From contig JAHRHZ010000267.1 of the NCBI GenBank assembly GCA_024137785.1, positions 18,993,664 to 19,057,663 of the forward strand: 64,000 nucleotides of DNA. Direction: 5' to 3'. Below the pieces are notes generated by a model that saw only the letters and a list, made by a program, of their open reading frames with translations, had not been told where the DNA came from and did no database searches. Each line of letters starts with the position of its first letter. The first letter of the stretch is position 1. Made by a program: the position numbers and the translations under genes. Shown here in pieces: positions 11,880 through 22,860 of this stretch. The stretch is from Ginglymostoma cirratum. Its lineage: Eukaryota.

Positions 11880-12030
11880 TTGTTTTGCAAGCTAACAGAT
11901 ATGGGCGTGAGTCCTCAGATCTTGATTTCTGGCATTGACCTGCACATTTATCTGCTCTCAGTCCTTTGTGATTGTGTATTTTGATGTCCTCCTGAGAACA
12001 CATAACAGTTCTCCCATTCGGAAACCCTTA
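11880..12030 (-). mobile_element. Myb/SANT-like second ORF relic of the same Harbinger element
   Basis: Minus strand *EQINVQVNARNQDLRTHAH resembles WxxIAxxVNAxxxxxRT of Harbinger Myb/SANT proteins. It converges on the transposase. Confidence 0.45.
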
Positions 12031-12092
12031 GAGACTGCTTTCTCCTATGCAGTTCAGCTGTTTGCTGTTTCAAGGCCAGATTCAATTTGTGC

Positions 12093-12408
12093 ATAATCAG
12101 AGATCCCTCCCACTCCAGTTATACTCTCTTCCACCCTCGTCGATCAAGCAGAAAATACAAAAGTTTGAAAAGACGTACCAACTGATTTAAGAACAGCTTC
12201 TTCCCTGCTGTCATCAGACTTGTGAACGGGCCTTTCATATGTTAGAATTGATCTTTCTCTGCACCATCTGTCTAGCTGTAACACTATATTCTGCATTCTG
12301 TTCTATTTCCCTGATGTACTTATGTATAGCATGATTTGTCTGGTTAGCACGCAATACAGTAATTTTTCACTGGAACTCAGTACATGTGACAATAATAAAT
12401 CAAATTAA
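12093..12408 (+). mobile_element. Rex1/Babar-type LINE 3' end
   Basis: Translates IIRDPSHSSYTLFHPRRSSRKYKSLKRRTN*FKNSFFPAVIRLVN; tail tacatgtgacaataataaatcaaattaaa. Confidence 0.8.
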
Positions 12409-15400
12409 AGGCTCTGGCCACAGTTTTAAGTGGTGGTAAGAAGTTAGAATTTTATGTCCCCTGTTGCTGTATGTAGCCAGTGTAGGTCATGCTGCAAGTA
12501 GCAATCATTCAGACAAGTGGCAGCACAGAGTTGTAGTGCTTCCTGTATACACAAAGTGAGTGTGGGATAGTAGCACATTACTACACTCTTTTTCAACTTA
12601 TCCCGTTCAACTTCGACTAAGTCCTAATATGTAGTTACAATACTAGTGATTAGTAGCTAAAAGTAACCACAAACCACAGTTGCAAGAAACGTTTACAATT
12701 GTTAGCTCTATTTATGACAGTTAAAAGTTGACTGGCCAGTAAATTAAGTTGTTTATATCTAAACAATGAACAGAATGTCTGAATTGTAGCTGCATACACT
12801 TAAATCGAGCTTCATTGTGAACAAACACGATATGTTGTACACGTATATTGATGTTCAATACCAATCTGTAGTTACGAAGTCCAAAATTTAGCTGGCTCTG
12901 GATGTTGATCAAGAAGTGTCAAGCTGAGAAAACATGATAGTGGTCCAATACACAGCAGTTAGTTACATTTGGAAATCATTCTGAAAAGCCCCAGAAAGAC
13001 CAATGTTCACCACAAGTGCCAGCTGTCATTGACTGCAACATGCTCAATTACTGGCTGTTTAGCCACCTCATCAGTACTGTGTGTAAATTCGCAAAGAGAG
13101 TGCTGCTATGTGAAACCTGACTACATTGAAGATTAGAAGAGAAAAAGGTCTAAATATTGAAAAATACAATGAAAGATCTTAAAATTTCTAATATTATAAC
13201 ACTGATGACTACTACTTTATGTCCTTATATTTAAACATTAAATAATTTAAATGTAAATTGTTTTAGTAAGACCAGTTAAGATATAGCATAAAGATAAATG
13301 TTACAAAGGAAGCTTGGAATTATTGCAAATATTACTTACTGAGAATATAGTTTATGTATTAGTTTCTTGGACCAATATTGCACTCTCTACCTAAGCACTG
13401 TGGGTTACATGACTCCTACACTGAGTAAACGTTGTAAATAGTGAATCTTCAACTGTAACCCTTAATATCATTGTCTAAACATGATTAGATTGACTGTAAG
13501 AAGCCATCATTCATTTATTTTGTGTCTTGCTTCGTGGATGGGAATATATAGTAGCCAACTATGATGAACAGAATGTGAGTTCCAGCAGTATTCAAAATGA
13601 ATAACATTGTTGGGACTTAGATATGGAATCTAGCAAACAGTAGGCATCTCAGTTAGTCTGTTTAGTCAGATCAAGTGGTACTTGTACCTGATAAATAAAA
13701 CAATAGGTTTATGTCTGACTTACATTTGTTATAAATCGAATATTTGAATCGGAGCAGAGTATCTTGGTCCCAGAGGACACCAACTGAAAGAGTGGGCGAT
13801 GTCAAGTTGAATCACAGAGCCTCATTAGTCAGTTTCTATCTAAAATCAATGACCAGGAAATAAGATCTCACTATACGAATATCAAAACAGCCGGGTTTCT
13901 TGAATTTACAGAAAGACAAAAAGCACATGCTGTGGAAGTTAATATATCACATTCACGTTCCTCAAAAATATAAGTATATTGACAATTCTGTTGTCATCAA
14001 CTTTCAAACTGATTGAATGAAGTAAATATTTCAGAAGAATAACCTAAAAGACTAACTATACTGTGTTTTATCATTGCTATTCTTTAAAATATTCTGCACA
14101 ATAGCACAGAAGATAAACAGGCAGTACTGGAGTATTCACTTTATCCCAACAGGCCAATTTCTTCTCCTGCGTCATAAAATCATTAAGTATATAATGTGTA
14201 CAGCTCATCTTAAAGAATGGTTTTAAAACAGGTATGTTAATAGATTTAAATGTTGACCCCACCTCCCATACCAAAAACAAAATGTTATGCTTATTTCATG
14301 ACCTGCTGAACTGCACTAGCAGGTTTGATTGATGCCTGTGGTAAGGTATTGGTCGTGGTTTGAGCAGTTATGCAGGTGCAACAGGACCTTTATGTGGGAG
14401 CAGAAAAGCAGGTGATTGCTCCTGATTGATACCTGATGGACCACCTAGAAGTTTAGCTATAAGCATCAGATGCTTACGAACTAGTCATTATCCAAAATAC
14501 TCACCCACACTTATTGGGAAGGTTGATTAATGATGACTTGACCAAGCTAATAGGGGTGGAAATTGATGAGAAAGAAAAAAAAAACTTTAAACAAATCAAA
14601 ATAAGAAAAATTTGAAAAGCTTAGGTACAATTGTGCTCAATGATCGACAAATCAACATTCCTGGATATTAACCTAGGAAAACCTCAAATGTAGATGACTT
14701 GACATTCATTCAATTTGACGACTTCTACTATTGAACACTCAAACATACAAATTTACACTTGGAGCAGGCTAGCTTTTTTGATTTGTGTATGTATTTGTGT
14801 ACCTCAGAGCTCTGAAATCTGTCACTTTTTGTACAATGGACTTGTTTTTATTATCCATCCTCCCAAAATGAAATTTTATATTTTCCCATATTATACACTA
14901 TTTGTCAAATCTTTGCCCACTCACTTATTCTATCTACAATCCTATGTAGCCCCCTTACATCTTCATCGCAAGTTACTTTCCAACCTATTTTGTGTCATTA
15001 TCAAATTTAGCAATTTACTCAGTGCTTGGCATGCAAGGGTTTCAGCACAAATATTCTGAAACTTACTTTTAATTCATTTCTAGTTCTATGATTGTTCAAT
15101 TTCTAAACAATATTATAATAACAGTTCTTTCAATTAATTTTTTGTATCAAGCTGTTGACAGTAATGTCTAAAACTGAGGTGCTTCATTGCATGATACAGG
15201 AGCAAAATGAACATGTGTCCTGCTATCAAACTTGCAGTTTGCAATTTCCAGAATGTGTATTCCAAACAGTCTATAATCAGAATGGCACACTGTTTATCTG
15301 GTAGCTCATTCTGGAAATATGACATCACGTTTGTTTCGATGTCTGGTACAAATCTTTCTGTTTGTGTGAAAGATTCCTAGTTGGTTGATGAGTGCTAGTT

Positions 15401-16304
15401 GATAGATGGATGCGTTGCCCTGAATTATACTTATTGAAAAAGAAAGTTTCCCAGTGAAGTTTGAGCTAACACAACGGAGAGTGTCACTTGTCATCTAGTC
15501 TAGCAATTTCAATCTTCTGAGTGACCACAGTTCAGTTATTAGATGGCATGAAGTATATCATCCGTTTCACCCAGTCTGGTGGATTAGATTAACATGTTTT
15601 CCTGTCTAACTGGAATTTGAAATACACCAGAGCTCTAACCTTGAGCGATTTAACGTTATTAATGTTTTCCACACATATTGTTTCCTTCATGTTGTGTATA
15701 CTCCATTTGTTTGTAGTTGAAAATCACTTGGTTTAATAAAAGCAATGCCCGTTCAACAAAACTGGTTTTACAATACATTTATTAACCATTGTCTATCTTT
15801 GCATTTGTTCAAAAGCTTCAGTGTACATTTTGACTAATTAAAAACTTAGTTCAAAATGATTGGTAAACTATAAGACAAACTCAAATATATTCTTTTGGTT
15901 CTAACATGCATGAAAGGCTTACTGAATCTGGGAGGATTATTTGCAGTAAACATTTTATGGTGCTCTTACTTATATTCTTTTGGTGTTTTGCTTTAAGCTA
16001 TTGCATTGCTTCATCACATCATGCAGAACAACATATTTGTCATATTGCCCATCTGTTGTACATATTTCATATTCAATTCTTCATCACTTGGTAGAAGAAA
16101 CTATAGAACCTACAATTCTCTGAATTTCTCATAACAAAACCTCAACACTTTTTGCCAGTGTTTCATTCAATTGTTTAACATTTCAGAATCAGACATCCTC
16201 AGTAGTGATGCTGATCTCTTGTCAGATGCATTGCCAGGCATTGACAATCAAATAGCAGTGACATTTTCCTGCCACGTGATTGTAGTTTAATACCAGATTT
16301 GGAA

Positions 16305-17450
16305 ATATAAACAAGAATCGGCCATTTAGTCATTGGAGTCTATTTACATTTCAGGAAGATCATGTCTGGTCTGGGACCTAACTCCATATCCCTTATACCT
16401 TAGATTGACAAAAATATATCAACCTTAGACTTAAATTCACACAATTGATCCCAGCATCAATTACCATTTGTGGGTTGAGAGTTGATACATATACCACCAT
16501 TTTCATGTGAAATTGTTTCCTAAATTCATTCCTGAAAGGTCTTGGTTAAATGTTTAAACTATGGTCCGGAGTCTGAGTGTCTCTGGCCAGCAGAAATATC
16601 TACCCTAAAAGTTGTCTTTAAAGTCTTGTAAACATTTTTTTTCCGAATCACCCCTTGACATTCTAGGCTCAAGGGAATACAATCTTGGGTTATGTAGTTG
16701 TTCCTGACGTGTTAATCCTTAAATTCAGGTATCATTTTGGTAAATCTATGCTGCATCCTCCTAAAACGAATTTATCCTTTCTTAGGCACCCAAAATCAAT
16801 CAGAGTCCTCTGGGTGTGGTCTAGTCAGGCTTGTGTTGTTGCAGCATTATTTACACCTCCTTGTTTTTATGTTTTCCAAATCAAAAGATCATCATTCCAT
16901 TAGGTATTCTTTTGATTATTTTCTGTGTCATGTCTATTGCTTCTTTGATCTGTTAACTACGAGATGTACATAAGAACCTTTGGGAACACAGGACTTGGGG
17001 CAGAAATTGGCCATTAGTCCCTTAGAGCTTGGTCCCCCATTCAACAAGATCACAGCTGCTCTAATTGTGGTCGCAAATCCATTTTCTCATGGGTCCCAAT
17101 AACCTTATCTTTCAAAATTCTATTTAACACAGTCTTGAGTAGATTCAATGACACCTCCCCCCCATCCAAACCTCCATTTGTTTCTGGGAAAGAGAATTTC
17201 GTAAACTAAAAACCCTCAGATAAAATAATGCTCCTCACCTCCGTCTTAAAAGGGACACCTCATATTCTTAAACCTCTTTTTCTAGTATCCATCCAGAACA
17301 GGAAACAATGCCCTGGTATTCACACTGTTAAGTTCTCTCAGGATCTCGTATATTTCAACAAGATCACCTTCGAAACGGCAATGGATATAGACTGAATCTG
17401 TCAATCTTTCTTCTTTAAATAATAACCTGATTCCAGGACATGAATGCCAA
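16305..17450 (-). mobile_element. Two adjacent degenerate CR1 LINE 3' fragments (about 16305-16960 and 16970-17450)
   Basis: Reverse CR1 tails (ggccatttagtcattggagtct; cataagaac...ggccattagtccctt...cattcaacaagatcacagctg). Confidence 0.6.
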
Positions 17451-17479
17451 TTGATTTCTGAATGAAATTACATGATTTC

Positions 17480-17970
17480 ATAAACTATGTTGTGTGACAG
17501 TTGTTTATATTTTCTATAACAGGCCCTTTGTTGTATATTATCAACAGTAAGTCCCATTCATCTTGAAGCTAGATTGCTACATTGGCTCCTGCTTCAACAA
17601 CAGCTCATTTTTGAAGGTTCTTGTCCTTGTTTACAAATCTTTCCAAACTCTTACCAGTCACTATTTCTGCATTTTCCTTCAACTAATATATCTGCACATT
17701 TCCAATCCAACCTCTTAAACGTTCCTGATACTAATACTGCCATTATTGATGGCTGTGCCTTCGGCCTACACCCAAAGTTTTGAAGCTCTGTCCCTCTAAA
17801 TCTCTCTGCTTCTCTACCTCACATTCCTCCTTTACAATTCTCTTTACATCTAATTTAACATTTACTTATATGGCTCAGTCTCAAGATTTTGTTTCAATGC
17901 TCCTGTATGGAGTCATTTTGCTACATCAAAGACATTGTTCAATGACAGGTCAATGTTGTTATTGATGCAA
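17480..17970 (+). mobile_element. L2-type LINE 3' fragment
   Basis: ctacattggctcctg...ccattattgatggctgtgccttcggcct...ctgtccctctaaatctctctgc resembles an L2 ORF2 C-terminus and 3'UTR. Confidence 0.5.
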
Positions 17971-18199
17971 ATAAAATTAACATATTATTTTCAATAAAAC
18001 AAAAGGTTGTGGCAATGTGTGTACTTGAGAATTCTCCACGGCTGTTGTAAGGTGTTACTGGCTACAACCTTTAAATACAGATAATCACCATTAGACATCT
18101 GCGACTGGGTTTGTGCTAACTGCTCTGTTAAGTGTTACACAGTTGTTAAGAGACCCTAAGGCAAACCCTAATCTTCATATCGGCATTTGGCCTGTGAGT

Positions 18200-18400
18200 A
18201 GATGAATGATATCAACCCATAGTTAGTCCCTAATTTGAGTTAGCAGGTATTCATTTAACTGGGAACACCACTAGTACTTCATTGTGTTTCATACCTCCTG
18301 GATTAGAAAGAGGAAAGTTGTTCAGGATTCTTGCTCTTTACAGTTAATCAGTCATTAGCCACTGCTAGACATGTCCATATGTCCCGTGCTTGCTCAATTA
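18200..18400 (+). mobile_element. LF-SINE-like ancient SINE relic
   Basis: gagttagcaggtattc...cctggattagaaagaggaaag...caggattcttgctc...cactgctag resembles the recalled LF-SINE body. Confidence 0.35.
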
Positions 18401-18601
18401 CCTTTTTGAAGTTGAACACCCCGCCAACAAGCATTCTATGTTTCATTCTTGGACAATGGACAGTTAGGTTAAGTGCTGGATATGGATCCTATCACTCTAA
18501 GGAATGAGCAACAAATTTTTTTGGCATTGTTACTGAAATGTTCCCTTGCTTTTCTTCTTCCTTGTGAAATGTCCCAGCATGATTCTAAACAATTTGTAAA
18601 C

Positions 18602-18707
18602 AAAATAATATTTGGCTTTTCATTTTCATTTGTACAGACCTTCGACAAATGTGCAAGAAAATAATATTTGGCTTTTGCTTTCATTTGTACAGATCTTAGA
18701 CAAATGT
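18602..18707. repeat. Tandem duplication with a 56-bp period (2 units)
   Basis: aaaataatatttggctttt...ttcatttgtacaga..tt.gacaaatgt at 18602-18652 and again at 18658-18707. Confidence 0.9.
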
Positions 18708-19964
18708 AAAACAGCGTTTATAATGTTGTATTTTAGTTTAAATGTGATTCCTAAATCATATCAATTCAAGTAACTCTGGAACAAAACACAGGCTCACAGG
18801 TACTGGCAGTAAGAAGTGTATTTAAAATTATCCTAAATATTACCTATGGACAGAATATATCTCCTGTTGAGTAGATTTATATCTACAAATTAAACCAGGA
18901 ACCTTGCAATTAAACAAAATAATGTATTTGCATGTAGAGAGGTGATGTTTTGTATGAAAGTACTTCTGAACTCACAACAATTTGTACATTTTCTAAAATA
19001 TCTGTCTAGACCCTATACAAGCTTTCCCCTGTTTGTTGTGACAATAGACTGTGATCAGGCAAGAATAGGCATCATAATATGTCCAAGCTGAGTCAAGCAG
19101 ACATAAATATAAATACCTTGAGACATTGTGCTTATTGTGGAAGAGAATTGAAGTTGAATGTGAAAAGAAAGGTATTCTTTACAGACATCGCATTTGTTGA
19201 ACAAAACAAAGAGGAAAAAATTAACAATGTCACAAGGCACCTTGAAAAGAAAGACCTAGCCAGCCTTATGGCCACTCGATAGATAATTACAACACACAGT
19301 ACAATAGATAATTGTAAAAGAGGATGAATACACTATTGAATGCTTAAGATCTAACTGCACTCAAAAACATGAATTATTGCTTTTTTCTTCTTCTAATTTC
19401 AGTGAATTATCAATATATTCAATGGAGAAAGCTACTTAAACTACAGAGAAACTTATTATTTACCAATATGACAAGCTTCTGAATACATTGGTTAGTTGCA
19501 GGCATTGCTGGGAATATAAAGTTGTCAGTACTGTTGTTATGGAGTACGTTTTTCATTTAAATAAAAAAAATACATCACTTGCTATTTAGTCAGCAATTAA
19601 ATAGCAATGTTTCATGTGCCAGTTTTTAGGATGAGAAAAATAATTAATTAATTGTAATCAACAATAAACATTTGCTATTCTGGTAAGTCTTCCCCATTAC
19701 TTATTCGTTGTTTTCCTTCCTGTTCTGAAGAAGTTGATGTTTGGTAGGGTAGGGGTGTTTGAGGAAGGGGGAGATGCAGTGCATGTGGTGGGGGAGAGGG
19801 GAGGGAGGCAGAGATCACTGTACAATGATTGACGGTACCTGAATACTGTCATTAAAGATCAGATAGGGAAAACACAGAGACATTAAATGAAGGATTTGTA
19901 TTTTATACCTTCACAGCCAAAGAGACCAAAACCATTCCAGAAATAATTAGGAAACCAACAGACT

Positions 19965-20330
19965 AGGGAAAATTTCTTGAAGGCCTTGACAGGGTAGAGG
20001 CTGAGAAAATCTTGCCCCTGTCTGGGGAATCTAGAACATAGGATCACAGTCTAAAATTAATGGATTGACCATTTAGAATGGAGTGGAGGGACAATGTAAT
20101 CATCTAACAATTTGAGAATCTTTGGAATTTGTTACGACAGACAGCTGTGTATGCTCAGTTGCTGAGCACATTTTTGACGCAGATTCGTAGATTTTTGGAT
20201 AGTAAGAGAATGAAGATATATTAGGATAACTCAGGAAAGTAACTTTGTGATGGAAAGTCAGCCACAAACTTGTTGAATGGTTCAACACACTCAAAGGCCA
20301 CTTGACCTACCCCAACTCCTATTTTGTTAT
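19965..20330 (+). mobile_element. Degenerate CR1 3' fragment
   Basis: ttgacagggtagaggctgag...ggggaatctagaac...cacagtctaaaatta...ccaactcctattt tail. Confidence 0.65.
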
Positions 20331-20904
20331 TTTACCGGATAATGCTGGCTCCTAATTTCTCTGTGATGTCTTCTTCATGAATATTTATTTCAAAACCTTA
20401 CAGCAGAAGGGTTGACAGGTTGTCACGTCTCACTGTAATTCCACATACTTCATTACAGAGTGTAGTTTCCTCCTGCAATGCCATAGTGATGCCACCCGAA
20501 GGCTGCAGGAACAGCAAATCATATTCAGCCTGGGAACCCTGCAGCCCAATGGTATCAATGTGGATTTCACAAGCTTCAAAATCTCCCCTCCCCCAACCGC
20601 ATCCCCAAACCAGCCCAGCTCATCTCCACCTCCCTAACCTGTTTTTCCTCTCACCTATCCCCTCCTCCCACCTCAAGCCCCACCCCCATCTCCTATCTAC
20701 TAACATCATCCCGCCCCCTTGACCTGTCCGTCCTCTCTGGACTGACCTATCTCCTCCCTAGCCCCCACCTACACTCACCTTTACTGGCTCCATCCCCGCC
20801 TCTTTGACTTGTCTGCCCCCTCTCCACCTATCCTCTCCTCTATCCATCCTCTATCCGCCTCCCCCTCTCTCCCCATTTATTTCAGAACCCTCTTCCCCTC
20901 CCCC

Positions 20905-20940
20905 ATTTCTGATGAAGGGCCTCGGCCCGAAACGTCAAGC
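20905..20940 (+). ncRNA. Minimal type I hammerhead ribozyme motif (PLE-associated), copy 1
   Basis: CTGATGA (20909-15), A, GGGCC-TC-GGCCC, GAAA, CGTC. Predicted cut after C20936. Confidence 0.7.
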
Positions 20941-21256
20941 TTTCCTGCTCCTATGATGCTGCTTGTCAACCAAGTCCTTCTCCCAGCTCATCTCCACCTC
21001 CCTAACCGGTTTTTCCTCTCACCCCAAGCCACACCCCCATCTCCTATCTACTAACATCATCCCGCCCCCTTGACCTGTCCGTCCTCCCTGGACTGACCTA
21101 TCTCCTCCCTACCCCCCTACCTACACTCATCTTTACTGGCTCCATCCCCGCCTCTTCGACTTGTCTGCCTCCTCTCCACCTATCCTCTCCTCTATCCATC
21201 TTCTATCCGCCTCCCCCTCTCTCCCTATTTATTTCAGAACCCTCTTCCCCTCCCCC

Positions 21257-21292
21257 ATTTCTGATGAAGGGTTTAGGCCCGAAACGTCGAGT
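21257..21292 (+). ncRNA. Minimal hammerhead ribozyme motif, copy 2
   Basis: CTGATGA (21261-67), A, GGGTT-TA-GGCCC, GAAA, CGTC. Predicted cut after C21288. Confidence 0.65.
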
Positions 21293-22659
21293 TTTCCTGC
21301 TCCTATGATGCTGCTTGACCTGCTGTGTTCATCCAGCCCCATGCTTGTTATCTTGCCTTCTCCCACATTATTTAATTTTACTGCTAAATGCTGTTGGAGC
21401 TGAAAATAGAACAAAAATCTCTCCGTTTGTTTTTGCTCTCACGGAATAGAAACTGGTCGAATGGAATTTACAGCACATTTTGTCTTTCCTTCACTGTTTC
21501 ACTATTACCCAAATTCAAGGTAATAGTGAGACACATCTCACTCTTACAATTGATACCCAATGAATTTTCATAGGTTGTAGACAAGAGGCATCATGGTTGA
21601 ACACATTTTTGCCGTTACCGGACATTCTAACACCTTCAGATTATATTAGTAATAAAGGTGTCAATATCATACTCTCAATATGCTGGTCACAAACCCAACA
21701 TTGTATTGTGTTGTTACCCTATATTCAATCCATTGTCCCTTTGAACACAGTTTCCTGCAGAGTCTGCACGATGTACGTGGATTAAGCCCTTTATTTGGTT
21801 GATGGTATATCTTTGCTTTATTCAGCAGAATAAACTAAAGATAATTTGATTGAGAAGCAATTGTTGCAAACAAATCGATCAGGAATACAGTTTACGCATT
21901 TGACATAAAAAAGGAAGTGATGTGCTCAATATTGACATCTGAGATTAGATTTCATCCTCGTACTATTTGGCTTCAGTATTTTACAGTGCAAAGATTTTAG
22001 TGGCTGTATCCAGCTAATGATAGCTTTTTGGTTTCCTGACTGATTATCATATTGAGAGACATCAAAAAACTAATCTGTTCAGGCATATTAATACAAAACT
22101 ATATTGCCCAATAAAAGTAAATGTTTACATTTTTCTTTCAAGATTAGTTTTGTTTTGAAAAAATCAAAGATAGTTTAACATTTCAATTTTTAAAATTTTA
22201 TAACATAACATATTGATTTATAAAACACATTTCATTTTGATAGTCCTACATGCTGGAGGATCTAACTGGGGCTTGCCACTGAAGACTGTTGCAGAGTGAG
22301 AAAGGCAAAACTTCATTCAACTAATCGCATAGATATCAAAAAGTATTGACTTCCAGTACATTTTCTTCCATTTGCACCCAGCACTAAAAACACACTTATC
22401 AGAATATCAATATTTTCAAAGTGACCTATTCATGGGATTTAATTGAGCTCTTTTCCTAAAAATCAGTTGAATGATTGATCATCCCACTGTTGTCTGGCTG
22501 AATATTTTATGTTTATAATGCTTTTGTCAGCCAAGGAACAACACTTAAAGTGTAGTCATCGTTGTAAAATAAGAAAGTGCTGCAGCCAAATTTCCATGTC
22601 AAGATCTTCATAAGCAAAAATAAGATAATCCATTCTGGTGATGGTTTTAAGGAATGACT

Positions 22660-22860
22660 ATTGGCAAAGGCATTGGCGATAACTCCCTGGTCAATTTGAA
22701 ATAGCATCTTGACTTTTTAGGTCAACCTGATAGGGATCCTTGGCTTAATGTCTCAATTGAAGGACAAAAACTTTGATCATTGCAGCATTCCCTGACTTCT
22801 GTACTGGAATGACTAGTGCCTAGATTATATGATTAGATTGGGATGTGTACCCACAGCTCG
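22660..22860 (-). mobile_element. Degenerate DeuSINE
   Basis: ttgaaatagcatcttgactttttaggtcaacctga...ccttggcttaatgtctcaattgaaggac...tgcagcattccctga...tgtactgga...cctagatt matches the reverse Deu domain. Confidence 0.55.

Larger units (their letters stand above)
20470..21352 (+). mobile_element. Penelope-like element 3' end (family A): GIY-YIG C-terminus plus tandemly duplicated pyrimidine-rich pseudo-LTR
   Basis: 20470-20637 reads LLQCHSDATRRLQEQQIIFSLGTLQPNGINVDFTSFK..., matching the RxxxExxxIxxLxTLxPxGxN motif. Segment 20614-20965 is repeated at 20982-~21317 and that copy continues to ~21352. Confidence 0.85.
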
